A DNA stretch of 64,000 nt. It comes from Ruditapes philippinarum (taxonomy: Eukaryota). Shown piece by piece: positions 11,400 through 26,560 of the stretch (within the stretch, counting starts at the first letter, position 1; every line of letters begins with the position of its first letter). A model generated the notes under the pieces. The model was not told the origin of the DNA. It saw only the letters and a program-made list of their open reading frames with translations, and made no database searches. The DNA lies in assembly GCF_026571515.1 (NCBI RefSeq), contig NW_026854430.1, positions 1 to 64,000 of the forward strand, written 5' to 3'. The translations under genes and the position numbers were made by a program.

Positions 11400-14068
11400 A
11401 TTACGTTAATGTAAACGACCAATCGTTCATCAAGAAAACTAGTCCGTTTAACTATTTAATCATTTAATTAACCTTTAACTGTGAATAAAAACGTAAAGAC
11501 CTATTGCGGCATTTTACGTAATATGATTTGATTAATCTAAAAGCATTTTCGTATTATTAGATTGTCATGATCAGAACAAATCAACATCATTGAACGTATT
11601 CATCTTAGGTGCGTTTTTTTCTTTCTATTCATAACGTACAGCATGTGTTTATCGACATAAACGCCAATGATTCATTTAAGAATTACAACAGTACAATAAC
11701 TGATTAAGATCATTATTTATTATTATTTATTCTCTATATCATCAATTCAAATGATTCATCGACAGCCAGTCAACATACTTGGTAGACTTACTCTATTAAC
11801 ATTTCAATTCATAAAATAAACATGCAGCTTGTCTGGTTGGACGTTGAGTCACATCAATAGCTTTACTATTTTTACGAAGACTTCGGGCATCCCTCTGTGC
11901 ATCATTTTGCACTTTGTAAAACCAACAACTCAGATTTCGTGCTCAAAATGATCATTTAGATTTAGCGTGTCATATTTAAGCAACAAGATAAATGTTGTAA
12001 ATCAGAATGCATATTTTTTTACCTTACTAATGCTACAAGATCGTCTATATCTATATTATAAAATTTACTCATTTAAAAATATACCACGCTCATCCTTGCG
12101 TAAAATATTTTAATCACAGAAATTTATTGAAATCCATGAAATTCTTACCGATTTTTTTAAATTTGAATAAAAGAATGAATAGATTATGTACTGAAAGCTA
12201 CGTACCCTATTGAAGGTCAAGTAAAATGGTATTTTCTTTTTAATGGCACTATATGTTCATTATCTATAGTGTGTAGAATTTTAAATGCTACATATCTATT
12301 TTAATTGAAGTTAAAACAGGTTCATTTTATATTAACAAAGAGACTACGTAATTATAAATATTTTCAAATATGAAATATGAACATAGTATATCTTTTAATG
12401 AACCGATTAATCCTTCAAAGGAAAAATAACTTACCATTTCGTGACTATTGTTGCACATATAACATTTCGTTACATAATTTATTTATGTTTTTTAAAGAAA
12501 CAGTAATTTAATTAATCATTATATGGTATACAAGTAAATGTTTCCATATTATTTACATTTAGTAAAAGCAAATCGAACTTAATCAACCCCTGAAAAATTC
12601 GTCAAACAAAAGATTTAGAGGAAAATTAAGAAATTTCAGTGTTTTATATGTGTTCATTAGGTTATACTTGAGACGAAGTAAAATGCCCTTTAACATCCTA
12701 CCACAAGGGTCTTTTTGTTACGCTCAGAGTTCTGTAAAAATTCAGTCAAGTACATTGAAAATGGGGAAGTAATCTGTTTCATGTTTGTGTTAAACATTAT
12801 TGTATTCATTAATTTACAAACTTTATAAATACGACACATTTGGCATTATTAATTTCTTATTAGAAGCTACTTCACAGCTGGTCGTATAGATGTCATTAAT
12901 TAACAAATGTACCCATAAAGTAATTACTCTCAGAACATTTGTATAAACACAATCCTCGACCAGTAAATGCGATGAATATAATGACAAATAGTACTAGATT
13001 CATGGTATGTTTGTACGTACTCGACTCAAACCACAGAAATAGTAAGTAGAAATAAATGAGCGTATAAGAAACAAAAAGTATTTTAATGTGCCATACAAAT
13101 TTGATCGACAATACTTCCAATTTTCAAACGTCTGTACTTTTCTAAAATTTTCGTGGATTTTTAAAAGCCAACCACTATGATAATGTACATAGTAAAGTTC
13201 AATTAACCAAAGAATATATTAAAAATATATGGCAATTTTCACTTGGCTGGTTGATACACAGTGAACTTTCCCATGCGAGATTTTGAATCACCGAAGGACA
13301 CAAATAAAATATATTCAAACACAAGACAAAAAGACAGTTACCCACACATATTTCGAATTACTGAACGCCAGTCAGTGTAAAAGTGTGTGCCAATACTGTG
13401 ACACTTCTATGGCTTTGTCGAAATAAAACTTTGCTGCGGCTTACAACTTTAAAGGTTATGTGATAAAAATTAATAGACGAAATTTATGTCTGAAACTGAT
13501 ATGAAAACAACAGCTGATTTTTTTTCTTACATTTTGTGTTCATTACCAAATAATGTTCAAGTTTGCAATCATAATAAAGTTTACCGCATTAAAGTAATAG
13601 AAGGAAACAAATAAGACAAAAGAGTTCGAAAAGCAAAATATCGAAGTCAGTACTAATCTTGTTTCCTCAAGTTTAACATGTAGATATCTACATTGACCTT
13701 AGCTTGGATTTGACAGTTTATTACGGTAGTCAGAATGGATACATGTACTACGCCAAGTCTGACTCCGAAATTCACAAAGAGAGATTGACAGTAGTGAACT
13801 ATTTCGTGGGTGAGAACATGAGGATTTTGTAACTAATTTTGATATAAATATTGAACAAATATAAACAGTTCTCTTATCAGCTGAGTATCATAACAAAGGC
13901 CAATAAGGCCATGCTTTAGAATATCAAATGTGTAACATTGCATATTAATTTTATGCACTCTATGACGTGCAATCTAGCTAGCATTTACTGTGCATGTGTT
14001 TATATTGCGGGACATGCCTTTGGTAGAACGTAGATGTTTATTAACACTTTCTGTTACAATGAATAATT

Positions 14069-14156
<88 letters not shown>

Positions 14157-15350
14157 GTAGACATACGATTGATAAACATGGCAGCATCGTCAAACATAAG
14201 CAAATACGCTAAACAAAAACGACTGGTATGGAATTATAAGGAGTTAAAATGAGCAATGTTATTTACATCATCGTTCTTGAGGTATGGCTTTGAGTGACCT
14301 AGGAAAATATGGCTTATCACAAATTAACAACAGATAGTATATAACAGAACATTTAAAACATAAAATTAAAAATATTTCCAACTGAGCATATTTTGATAGA
14401 TTTAATAGAATGTATACAATTACAGCAATATGAAAATATTCGTTTGACAACAACTACGATATAAACACCGAATAACAAAAGTTAAAAAAATATATAATAA
14501 TTGAAAGATATTTATAAAATAAAGACAGTATAATGTTGTTTTTATCAACGAATTTCTAAAGAATTGCAAATATTGTTTGTTTTAAGGTCAATGCACTTTG
14601 CCAATAGATTAGACATTTATACATTGATTACAGTTGACTTGTATTATATTAATAAAACGTTGAAAATAAACGAAATGTTAACTTAGTCTTCGAAGGAAAT
14701 ATTTTCCCACAGATGTCTTAAATATAATTTCATCGATTGATTATACACTTCTAAAACATAGATAAACGCGTGAACAAACTAATGAAAACAGTCAGAGACC
14801 CATCCGAATATGATAGGCGTTTCAAAGGATTCAAGATTAAAGAAAATCTTATCAGCAACATAATCAAATTACAAACAGAAATAATGGCTGCGGAATTTTA
14901 TGGTATGTGGCTGGTGATAATTTAGTGTTTAAAGCAAATGGTATCGAACAAGATAAAAAGTGTAGTGTAACATCAGAGTCAACTACTGAATACATCAGTT
15001 TTGTAGGACCGCTTATACGATCATAGTTACATCATATTGTGACACGCATAACTAAAACATCAGTAATGATGTCATCAAAAAAGCAACTGTAAACAATACT
15101 TATATAAGTAATCGAAGTATTAATTAACAAGAAAATATGTGATTTATATATAAATCTATATGTGAGTAATCCCAAAATGTCACATCGTCGCAGGTTAACG
15201 ATATTGTCAAAATTTGAAAAAGTCACTAGTAAAAATCATGTTAAGGCCATAGTGATCTTGACCTTATCGAATTAAAATCCCGTTACACCGCTTTATGGCA
15301 TAAGTTTATGCTTGGGTGTTGTTTTGTGGGATTGCTTTTTTCATTTTTTT
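11400..15350 (+). pseudogene. LRR relic module Y copy 2
   Basis: SNKINVVNQNAY, SLRKIF*SQKFIE and YIDLS. Colinear with the other Y copies. Confidence 0.6.
14071..14154. repeat. (ATTT)n microsatellite
   Basis: Read directly. Confidence 0.95.
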
Positions 15351-15739
15351 AATACTCTTACATGAAACTGCACAGGAATGTATGCATTAACGAGGAGGAC
15401 AGATGCATTAACGAATAAAACTACCAAAGCACGCGGACTTGTTATTATTATTTTAAGTTTACATCGGGCGCCACGTAAACATGGCTGACCGCAGTGACCT
15501 TCCTGATAGTTTCATTATTGAAATATAACACACTGGCGCGTCGTTTAGAGCATGGCAAAATTATTTCTTTTAAGAAAACAGATAAAGAAACGCAAAATTT
15601 CCTAAGATGTGTAAGAATAAAATATCGATAATGTACCTTTTTTTAGTGTTGCAGCAACTATGCAGCAACAGCAGAAACCCTTCCGACTTGGGCTTCAAAT
15701 GCGTCTTTGTTTTTTCTGCAGATGTTAATGCACTATCAT

Positions 15740-15970
15740 TAGCTCACGCGCTTAACATAATAGGTAAAACATTAGAATTTTAATATAAATGCCGTTGGTT
15801 CAATCCTCGAGTGATGCATACATTTTCAATGACAATATGTATCGAACATTGAGTCTCTCTTACCGCTGATTCAGAAATATTGAATGGTAAGAAGGTGGTT
15901 TCAGTTGTTGGTCACATGTGGAAAATTTTTTGTTTTGATAGTTATCCATGAATGTCGGTGGACCGACCTT
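15740..15970 (+). mobile_element. Degenerate tRNA-derived SINE
   Basis: tRNA-like head (cgcttaac...ggttcaatcctcgagtga, B-box-like) plus a body shared with the copies at 27900-28150 and 41405-41705. Confidence 0.55.
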
Positions 15971-16094
15971 GACCTAATCTTCTCAAATCAATAGGGTCAT
16001 GGTCTATTCTTTTCTAAAAATTCTACCGGGATGTATGTGCGTATGGACAGACCACGGCATCAGTCATGATTCACACTGTTTAAGTTCAGGACTT

Positions 16095-18970
16095 TATCTG
16101 CAGTTAATAAAAGCAAATCGGACATAAACGACTAGACCCTAGAAAATTTGTTAAACAAAAGACTTTAAGCAATATGAAGAAATGTCATTGTTTTATGTGT
16201 TCATAAGGTTATCCTGGAGACGTAGTAAAATTCTCTTTAACATCCCGGCACAAGGGATTATTTTGTTACGCTCAGAGTTTCGTGAAAATTCAGTCCAGTA
16301 CATTGAAAATGGAGAAATAATCTGTATGACGTTTCTGTTCAATATTATTGTATATATTAATGAACAAAATTTACAAATGCGACATATTTGGCATTATTAC
16401 TCACTCTCTTGAAGCTAGTTCACAGCTGGTCGTATAGATGTCATTAATTAACAAATGTTCCCATAAAGTAATTACTCTCAAAACATTTGTACAAACACAA
16501 TCATCGATTAGTAAATGCGATGAATAAAATGAAAAACAGTACTAGATTCATGGTATGTTTGTACGTACTTGACTCAAACTACAGAAACAGTTAGTAGAAG
16601 AAATGAGCGTATAAGAAACAAAAAGTATTTGCCATACAAATTTGATCGGCAATACTTCCAATTTTCAAACATCTGTACTTGTGAAATTTTTCGCGGATTC
16701 TTAAAAGCAAACCACTATGATAATGAGCATAGTATAGTTCATTTAACCAAAGAATATATTAAAAATATATGGCAATTTTCAACTGGCTGGTTGACACAAA
16801 GTGAACTTTCCCATGCGAGATTTTGAATCACCGAAGGACACAAATAAAATATATTCAAACACAAGACAAAAAGACCGTTACACACACACATTTCGAATCA
16901 GTGTAAAAAAAGTGTGCCAATACTGTGACACTTCTATGGCTTTGTCGGAATAAAAGTTTGCTGCGGCTTACAACTTTAAAGGTTATGTGAAAAAAATTAA
17001 TTGACAAACTTTATGTCTTGAGCTGATATGAAAACAACAGCTGATTTTATTTCTCTTACATTTTGTGTTCATTACCAAAAAAGGTTCAAGTTTGCAATCG
17101 TAATAAATTTAAGTTTACCGCATTAATGTAATGGAACAAAACAAAAAAGACAAAAAAGTTCGAAAAGCAAAATATCGAAGTCAGTACTTATCTTTTTTCC
17201 TCAAGTTTTACATGTAGATATCTATATTGACCTTAGCTTGGATTTGACAGTTTATAACAGTAGTCAGAAGGGAAACATGTACTACGCAAGCATCTTTTTC
17301 CAAGTCTGACTCCGAAATTCACAAAGAGAGATTAACAGTATTGATTTATTTCGCCGTTGAGAACATGAGGGTTTTTAAATAATCTTATTAAAAATATTTA
17401 AAGTTATAAAAGCAATGAAAGGAAAAACCATTGTGTCACAGACTATTAAACTTTTGCAAACAGAATATCAGATATGGAACGTATAATAAAACAATGCTGT
17501 TGCCAATCAAACAAATAAAAGCAAACATGATGCTTAGTGTACTAAAGAACATTTGACAAATAAGCTATGTTATTGACAGTGGAATATAATATATTGATCA
17601 TCATTGTTATAACCAAAAGAATATCAAATATTAAACAAGTATATAAAGTTCACCTATCAGCTGAGTATCAAAACAAAGGCCAATAAGTACATCAAATTTA
17701 GCTAACATTAACTGCGTAGGTGTATCCTTTAGTTAACATTCTCTGTTACAATAAAGAGATCGAGTCTTTTATTTTTCTATTTATTTATTTATTTATTTTT
17801 TATTGGTGAAGTTGACAATTTGTTGATAAAAATGGTAGCATCATGAAACAATACCAAATACGCTACATAAAATCGACTGTATGAAATCATAAGGATAACA
17901 CAATGAAGTGTTAACTAAAATGAGCAATTTTATTTACATCATCATTCTTGAGATATATGGCTTATCACAAATTTTCAACAATATGCAAATATTTGACAAC
18001 AACATCGATATAAAAACTGAAAAACAAAAGTTAAGAAAATATATAATTGAAAGATATGTTTAAAAAAATGACAGTATAATGTTGTTTTTATCAACGATTC
18101 ATGTTAAACGATTTCTAAACAATTGTAAATATTATGTGTTTTTTAAAGGTCAATGTATCTTTGCCAATAGATTAGACATTTATACATTGGCTACATTTGA
18201 CTTGTATTATAATAATAATACGTTGAAAAATGAATTGAACGTTTTTTTAGTGTTCGAACAGATGTCTTAAACGTAATTTCATCGATTGATTAACACTTAG
18301 ATAAACGCGTGAACAAACTGATTAAGTGTATGCTATTTGTGTTATTAAATTCTTACGCAACACTTTATCTTTCTCACTTCACAGGATTGCTGGGCAAACA
18401 GTCAGAGACTCATCCGAATATTCTAGGCATTTAAAAGGATTCAAGATTAAGGAAAATCTTATATATCAGCCACAGAATCAAATTACAAACAAAAATTATG
18501 GCTGCGAAATTTTATGTTATTTGGCTGGTGTTATTTTAGTGTTTAAAGCAAATGTTATCGAACATGATAAAGAGTGTATAGTAGCATTATAGTCAACTAC
18601 TGAATACATCAAGTACAGTTATTGTACGACCGCTTACAGAATCATAGTCACATCATACTGTGACATGCATAACAAAACACATTTATAGTGATACTATCAA
18701 AAACAGCAACTGTAAACAATACTAATTTAAGTAATTGAAGTATTAATTAACAAGAATATCTGTGACATATATGAGTTATCCCAACGTCACATCGTCGCAG
18801 TTAAACGATATTGTCAAAATTTGAGAAAGAAAGAAAAACACTAGAAAAATGATGTCAGGGCCATGATGTTCTTGTCATCTTCGAACTTAAATCCCGTAAT
18901 GCCGCTTTAGGACATAAGTTCATGCTGGGATGTTGTTTTTGTAGGATAGCTGTATTCAATTGGTACCAAA
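16095..18970 (+). pseudogene. LRR relic module Y copy 3
   Basis: Track ORFs 16182, 16569, 18079 and 18326 are all LRR-like fragments in colinear order. Confidence 0.65.
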
Positions 18971-19160
18971 CTTTCAAATATTACACTTGCCGGGATATGA
19001 CTATAAATATGTTAAATTCGGCGGTTAGGGTAAATCATTAAATAAATTTGCTGTCACATATGTAATACAAAATAATGGATGTATTTGAATAAAAAATATA
19101 ATGGCGTTTGCTCATTTAAAAGTGTTTGTATTTATTGATCATAATCAAGATATGTGTATT

Positions 19161-20250
19161 GTAAATCATTTCAAAATACACTCAAACTTCATTAGCTTAA
19201 TTAACCATGCCAAGGAAAATCTCCCCCACTATATGTTTCACTCTGATAACAAATAATTGACTTTGTTAGAGATTTTATCTGTATCCTAAAATTGTATTGG
19301 CGATATATGATCGCATTGTAATGTTTTGATGTGGACAAAATTTGACAATGTTTGATAATGGTTACATGATTTGAGGAACAACAGATCTGGTTTATATAGA
19401 GAAGAATGTCCTAAATTGTTTCCTCATGACATAGCTTGTTACGGCGGAGATTAAATGTGTCAGGCGTTAATCTACTTTTGTATGTTTTGCTTTTGTTACA
19501 ATGCCATACGAGAAAAATAGATATGGTATCATATTAGGTTTAGAAATTGATTCTTAAAAAAGATAATATTTTCAATCCTCACAGAGAATTATCTTCAGAT
19601 AACATGATAAAAAAAATATCAGATATTTTAATACTGGCGATATAATCAAAGTAGTATACTCTCATCTGCCTTTAAAATGTGATTATAAAACTATAAGTAA
19701 ATATATCATGGCATATTGAAATGAAAACTTAATTTGATTCAGGCTAACTAGATTTATACATGAAGTAAGTCAATATCAAACGTTTTACCTCGAATTTTTA
19801 AAACGCGATTTTAAATTTATTGGATAAACAACAATCTTATAGAATCATTTCAAGTTTACATTTTAAGACTTATTTATGCATCTTTATAGCAAAATACAGC
19901 TATATTAAAAATACATAGTTCTAAATTGTATAAGCAATAGAATGCAATCAAATACCCTGCATTGACGTATTTATAGATATGGTAGGGAATTAAGTATTAA
20001 CAATTAACTTACTAAAATCATATAGTTACCAGACATCTATTAAAGAAATGGACAATCTATTTCCGCAATGACTAATATCGTCTTAAAATTAAGCCGTTTC
20101 CTATTTGAAGAAAATTAAAGATAGGGTAAAAGCACTTTCATCCCCAACCTGTGACTGAATTGTTCTAGTTCTGAGCGTGTTTTACTTTCATTTAATTCAT
20201 TAACTCCTTGTGTGTATGATTAGATATGTGTATTTGATTTCCCTATGTGT
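19161..20250 (+). pseudogene. LRR relic module X copy 2
   Basis: Colinear with 10119-11330. ENLPHYMF and LTLLEILSVS*NCIGDI. Confidence 0.6.
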
Positions 20251-20299
20251 ATGATGTCCTGATAAGATTTGTTTATATGCAATTTGCCGAATCGTTTAG

Positions 20300-23200
20300 A
20301 AAATACGTAAATGTAAACGACCAGTCGTTCATAAAAAAAACAAGTTCGTTTAACCTTTAACTGTAAATAAAAAAGTTAAAAATTATTGCGGCATTTTGTG
20401 TTATTCATGTGGTTATTTGATTTTTTTATTTATCTAATAGCATTTTCGTATTAATATCGATCATTGAACGTATTCATCTGCAATTCAGGTTTTTTAATTC
20501 ATAACGTACACCATGTATTTATCGACATAAAAGATTCATTTATGAATTACAACAGTATAATAACTGATTAAGATCAGCATTATTTATTATTATAAATTCT
20601 GTATATCATCAATGCAAACGATTCATCAACAAACAGTCAACATACTTTGTAGACTTACTCTATTAGGAACCCTACAATTCATAAAATAAACTAGCAGCTT
20701 TTCTGATTGGACGTTGAGTCACATAGATAGTGAGTCACATAGATAGTGCTACTAATTGATAGAAGACTTCGGGCATCCCTCTGTTTTTAAAAGCCAACGA
20801 CTCAGATTTCGTGCTCAAAATGATCATTTAGATTTATCGTGTCACATTTAAGTAAAATGAAAAATGTTGTAAATCAGAAAACATATTTATTTTAGCTTAC
20901 TAATCATACGAGATCGTCTATATCTAAATTATAAAATTTACTCATTTAAAGATAGACTATGCTCATCCTTGCGTAAAATATTTTTATCACAGAAAATTAT
21001 TGAAATCTATGAAACTCTAACCGAATATTTTTAATTTGAATAATAGAATGAATAAATTATGTACTTGAAGCTACGTCCCCTATTACAGGTCAAGTAAAAA
21101 TGGTATTTTCTTTTTTAAAAAAACTGCCAGTTTTTTAATGACACTAAATGTTCATATTGCAATTACTTATAGTGTGTAGAATTTAAAATGCAACATATCT
21201 ACTTTGTTTGAAGTTAAAACAGGTTCATTTTATATAGAGACTGTATAATTAAAATTATTTTCCAATATGAAATTTGAACAAAGTATATCTTTAAATGAAC
21301 CGATTTATCCTTGAAAGGGCAAGTAACTTACCATTTCGTTACCATTGTCGCACATATAACATTTCGTTACATATTTATGTATTTAAAGAAACAGTAATTT
21401 AATTAATCATTCTATGGTATGTATACAAATAAATGTTTCCATATTATTTACAGTTAATAAAAGCAAATCGAACTTAAACAACCCCTGGAAAATTCGTTAA
21501 ACAAAAGATTTAGAGGAAAATGAAGAAATTTCAGTGTTTTATATGTGTTCATTAGGTTATACTTGAGACGAAGTAAAATGCCTTTTAACAACCTAGGCCA
21601 AAGGGGTTTTTTATCGTTACACTCAGAATTCTATAAAGATTCAGTCCATTACTTTGAAAATGTTGAAATAATCTGCCTGGTGTTCGTGTTCAACATTATT
21701 GTATTCATTAATGTACAGACTTAACAAATGCGACATATTTGGTATTATTACTCACTCATTGGAAGCTAGTTCGCAGCTGGTCGTATAGATGTCATTTATT
21801 AACAAATGTTCGCATAAAGTAATAATTCTCAGAACATTTGTACAAACACAATCCTCGATTAGTAAATGCAATGAATGAAATGACAAATAGTACTAGATTC
21901 ATAGTATGTTTGTACGTACTTGAGTCAAACCAGAAAAACAGTTGCAATAATCAGCGTATATGAAACAAATTCCGAAAACCGAATTCTGGAACTTCTGAAA
22001 TCCGGAAACTTCTGAAAACCGAACATTTTTCAGGGTCCCGAAATTTCTCCTTCTGTTTTCTATATAATAAATACCTCTGAATTCCGGAACTTCTAAATTC
22101 TGAATTCCGAACAAATTTCTGGTAAAATTTGGGTTATATGAATTCAAATTTACTTCCAAAATCCGGAAATTGAAAAAGGTGTGAATGAATATTAAAATTG
22201 AGATAATAAAACCTTTAACATGTCAGTATCTTCCAATTAGCAGAAACCATTTATCTTGACACCTATTAGAATCTCAACCTGTCAAGCATGTCAAACACTT
22301 GATTAAAGTGTGAAAATTAAAAAAGAGAAGTATAATGTGATGAAAAACAATAAATTACAGGTTAATAGCTGGTACAACATGAAATATTGAACTAAATAAT
22401 TATGCATTATGATTTTGTATAAACAAAGTCAGTGAAGGTGATAATGAATTTTAACATACAATGTACATGTTGTTGTAAACTTTTTAAAAGTCCAATAATT
22501 CTTCAATTTTATGAATTAAATCAGCTTAATATATCTTTGATCATGTCTCACTGAAATAATTGATGTTTAATGTTTCTACTTTTTCAGATAATCCCAAACT
22601 TCTGAATTCTAGAAACTTCCAAATTCCGAACTTTTTGGCTAGTCCCACAGGTGTTCGGTTTTCAGAAGTTACACTGTATATCAAAATGTGTGGCAAATAC
22701 ATACCGGCTAGTTGATATACTGTGAACTTTCCTATGCGAGATTTTGAATCGTCGAAGAAAAAAATATATATTCGAGCAACAGTACGACACAAAACAATAA
22801 GACAGTATCATACACATTTTCAACCACTGAACGCCAATCGGAATAAAAGGATGTGTCAATACTGTGAATCTTAGATCGCTTTGATATGAAACTATGAAAA
22901 CAACAGCCTTTTTTAGCCTGACTGCCATATAAGCAAAAAGGAATTAAAAATTTATTCATAACAGTAATACACTATTTCGTCGTTGAGGACATGATGGTTT
23001 TGTAACTAGTCTCATTTAGAATTTTTAAAATAATGAAAGCAATGAAAATAAAAGTGATTTTGTTACTATATAGCTATTAGACTATTGCAAACAGAATATC
23101 GGATAGGGAACATATAATAAGAAAAAGTTGCCAATCAAACACCAAGTGTTAAACGTATAAATGCAAAGCTGTTGCCTAGTGTTATAAAGAATGTTAAACA

Positions 23201-23590
23201 AATTAAGCAAAGTAATTGACAGTGGAATATATATGATATTTATCATCACTGTTATAACCAAAAGAATATCAAATATTAAACAAATATATAGAGTGCTCTT
23301 ATCAGCTGGGTATCATAACAAAGGCCAATAAGGCAAATGCTTTAGAGTATCAAATTATAAATTTGCAAAACGATTTTATGCAATCAATGACGTGCAATCC
23401 AGCTAACATTTACTGCGTAGGTGTAACACTTTCTGTTGCAATAATGAATTCATGTCTGTAACTTAATTCTTTATTTACCTTTTGGTGTATGTTAACATAA
23501 GATTGATAGACATGGCAGCATTATGAAACATTAGCAAATACACTAATCAAAAGTGACTGGTTTTTAAATCATAAGGATAACTCAATAAAA
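20300..23590 (+). pseudogene. LRR relic module Y copy 4 (MITE-interrupted, 3'-truncated)
   Basis: KRFRGK*RNFSVLYV...NIIVFINVQT in one + frame at ~21500-21720. Confidence 0.6.
21968..22676. mobile_element. Non-autonomous TIR element (Tc1/mariner-pogo-like MITE), left end truncated
   Basis: Right end gttcggttttcagaagttacactg|ta. Inverted counterpart aacttctgaaaaccgaac at ~22007. Subterminal ttccgga/ttctgaa repeats. Absent from paralogous units. Confidence 0.7.
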
Positions 23591-26560
23591 CGTTAAGTTA
23601 ATTATATACACAAATCTTGTTTAAAAATATTTTCAGTCCCCTCGTGTAGAAAAAGCTCAGTGGAAGCCCTTAAAGGGTAAAACAGATTTGAAACATAACT
23701 TTCTCTTCTCCAACATTTACTTCCTACTAGATTGTAGTGTAACAGTGAATTTATTATTAATACGAGTAACAAAACCGAATAACACAATCAATCTAGAAAC
23801 ACCAAAAAAATAAAACACAAAAACAGTTAAGGATAGAGAACTGTTCTACATTGAATGTCAAATAACTTTCAAAAAATCACATATTAAACCATACCTACCT
23901 TCGTCTATCATGAACAAATACTAAAAATTTGTTTAAAGCAATGAAAACAAAAAATACTAGAGCATTGCAGACTTGATTGAATTCTATTGTTGTTATTGTT
24001 GAAGTTGTGTATATAAACGTTAAGACATTTGTGGCATTTTACGTACAGTGATTCGATTCGATTTGATTTATCTGATAACATTTTCGCATTATGATCAGAA
24101 CAAATCAATATAATTGAACGTATCCATCCTCAATTTAAGACTTACAACGTGTATATCGATGCAAAAGATACAAAAGATCAACATTATTTATTATTATTCA
24201 TGTATATGTACAAAAAAACACTTGATGATTCAACAAACAGTCAAAATACACTTTAATTATAAGACAAACATGCAGTTTTGCTGGTTGGACGTTGAGTCAC
24301 ACCCAATTATGTAAAGGTCATATATCAACTGTTTGGCTTTACTTTTGGATGAAGACATCGGGCATCCCTCCGTGCATCATTTGGCACTTGATAAGAGCAT
24401 ACGGCTCCAGATTTCTTGTTCAAAATGAAAAGAATTAACGTGTCCTATCTGAGCAAGAAGAAAATGTTGTAAATAAAGCATATCCCTCCGTGCATCATTT
24501 GGATATTGATAAGAACCGACGACTCCAATTTCGTGCTCTAAATGATACGGTTTAAAGTGTTATATTCGAGCAGTAAGGAAAATGTTGCAAAATGTTGGAT
24601 TTCGATTGCATGATTATTTTAGCTTTCTAATGATATTAGATCGTCTATATCAAAATTATAAAATTAACTCTTTTAAATTGACTGATTAATCCATAAATGG
24701 GCAAATAACTTAACATTTCGTTACATATATGTATTTAAAGATTCGTTATATTAAGAATCTGAAATTTAATAAATCAGTCTATGTTATACAAGTACATTTA
24801 ATTGTTTTCATATTGGTTGCAGTTAACAAAAGCAAAGCGAACTTACACGACTAGACCCTGGAAAATTATGTCAACAAATGCCTTAAAAGCTGATTTAAGA
24901 AATCATATTGTCTTATATGTTCATAAGGTTATACTGGGGTGTAGTAAAATGTCATATAACATCCCAGGCCAAAAGGGTTTTTGTTACGCTCACAGTTTTG
25001 TGAAAATTCTAAGTCCAGTACATTGATAATGGTGAAATAATCCGTCTAGTGTTTGTGTCCAACATTCATTAATGTACATGCTTTTCAAATACCACACATT
25101 TGGTTTTATTACTCTGTCATTGGAAGCTAGTTCACAGCTGGCCGTATATATGTCATTAATTAACTAATGTTCCCATAAAGTAATTACTCTCAGAACATTT
25201 GTACAAACACAATCCTCGATTTGTAAATGCGTGAAAAATATGACAAATAGTACTAGAGTCATGGTATGTTTGTACGTACTTGAATCAAACCACAGAAACA
25301 GTTGAAATAATCAGCGCATAAGAAACAAATAGAAATTTACTGTTACATACAAATTTTACCGGCAATACATTTGTACTTCCAATTTTTAAACTAACGTCTA
25401 TACTTGTGTTTTAAAAAAATAAACCACTATGATGATATACATAATATAGTTTATTTAACCAAAGAATATATTAAAAATATATGGTATGGCAATTTCCAAC
25501 CGGCTGGTTGAAAAACTGTGAATTTAACCATGCAAAATTTTTAATAGTCGAAGAACAAAATATATTCAAGCAACAGTACGACACAAGACAAAAAGACAGT
25601 TACACATACATTTTAACCACTCAACGCTGGTCGGTGTAAAAATGTGTGCCAATACTGTGAATCTTAATTATATAGTTTGCTGCGACGTACCGCTTTAAAG
25701 GTTATGTTGTAAAAGAATGATTGAAGAACTTTATGTGTGGTACTTATACGAAAATATATGCTTACTGCTCTCTTTCTTTTCTCACAATTTTGTATTCATA
25801 TGCAATTTAGTGTACAAGTTCGCATTCAAAACAAGATGTTCACCACATTCAAATTAACAGAACAAAATGAAAAAGCATAATATTGCAGACAGAACTTTCT
25901 TTTCCTCAAAATGAGATATATACATTAACCCTAGCTCGGATTTAACTGTTTATAAAAGCACTCAGATATGATATATGTCTTACATCAAGCATCTTTTTCC
26001 AAGCCGGACTCCGAAAATAAAAATTAAGTCATGACAGTAATAAACTATTTCGTCGTTGAGGAAATCATGGGTTTGTAACTAATCTCAATTAGAATATTTA
26101 GAATACTGAAAACAATGAAAAGAAAAGCGATTATTGGTACTATTTGACTATTGAAAATATCGAATATGGATCATATTAAAGCAATGCTGTTGATAATCAA
26201 CAATCAGATGTTAAACATATAAAAGCAAAAACAATTTTATCACTATTTGAATATTGAAAAAATCGGATATGGAACATAATAAAACAATGTTTTAGACAAT
26301 CAGGTGTTAAACATATAAGAACATACAAATTAACTAGTTTAATCAAGATAATTAAACAAATTAAGCAATAGTATTGACACTGGAATAATAGATATTGATC
26401 ATCATTGTTCTAACAAAAACAATATCAAATATTGAACAAATATATAAAGATCTCTTATCAGTTGAGTAGCATAACAAAGGCCAATAAGGCCAACAATTTT
26501 ATGCAATAAATGACGTGCAATCCAGCTAAAATTTACCGAATAGGCGTATTTGTTACCTAA

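Noticed and set aside
12000-12200. Toll-like receptor / TIR-domain call for the array
   Set aside because: No convincing TIR box 1-3 motifs on either strand. Only LRR, LRRCT-like, stalk and hydrophobic tail are visible.
21802-21841. Hairpin acaaatgttc...gaacatttgt as a miRNA precursor
   Set aside because: The stem is only 10 bp and is broken in most of the seven copies.
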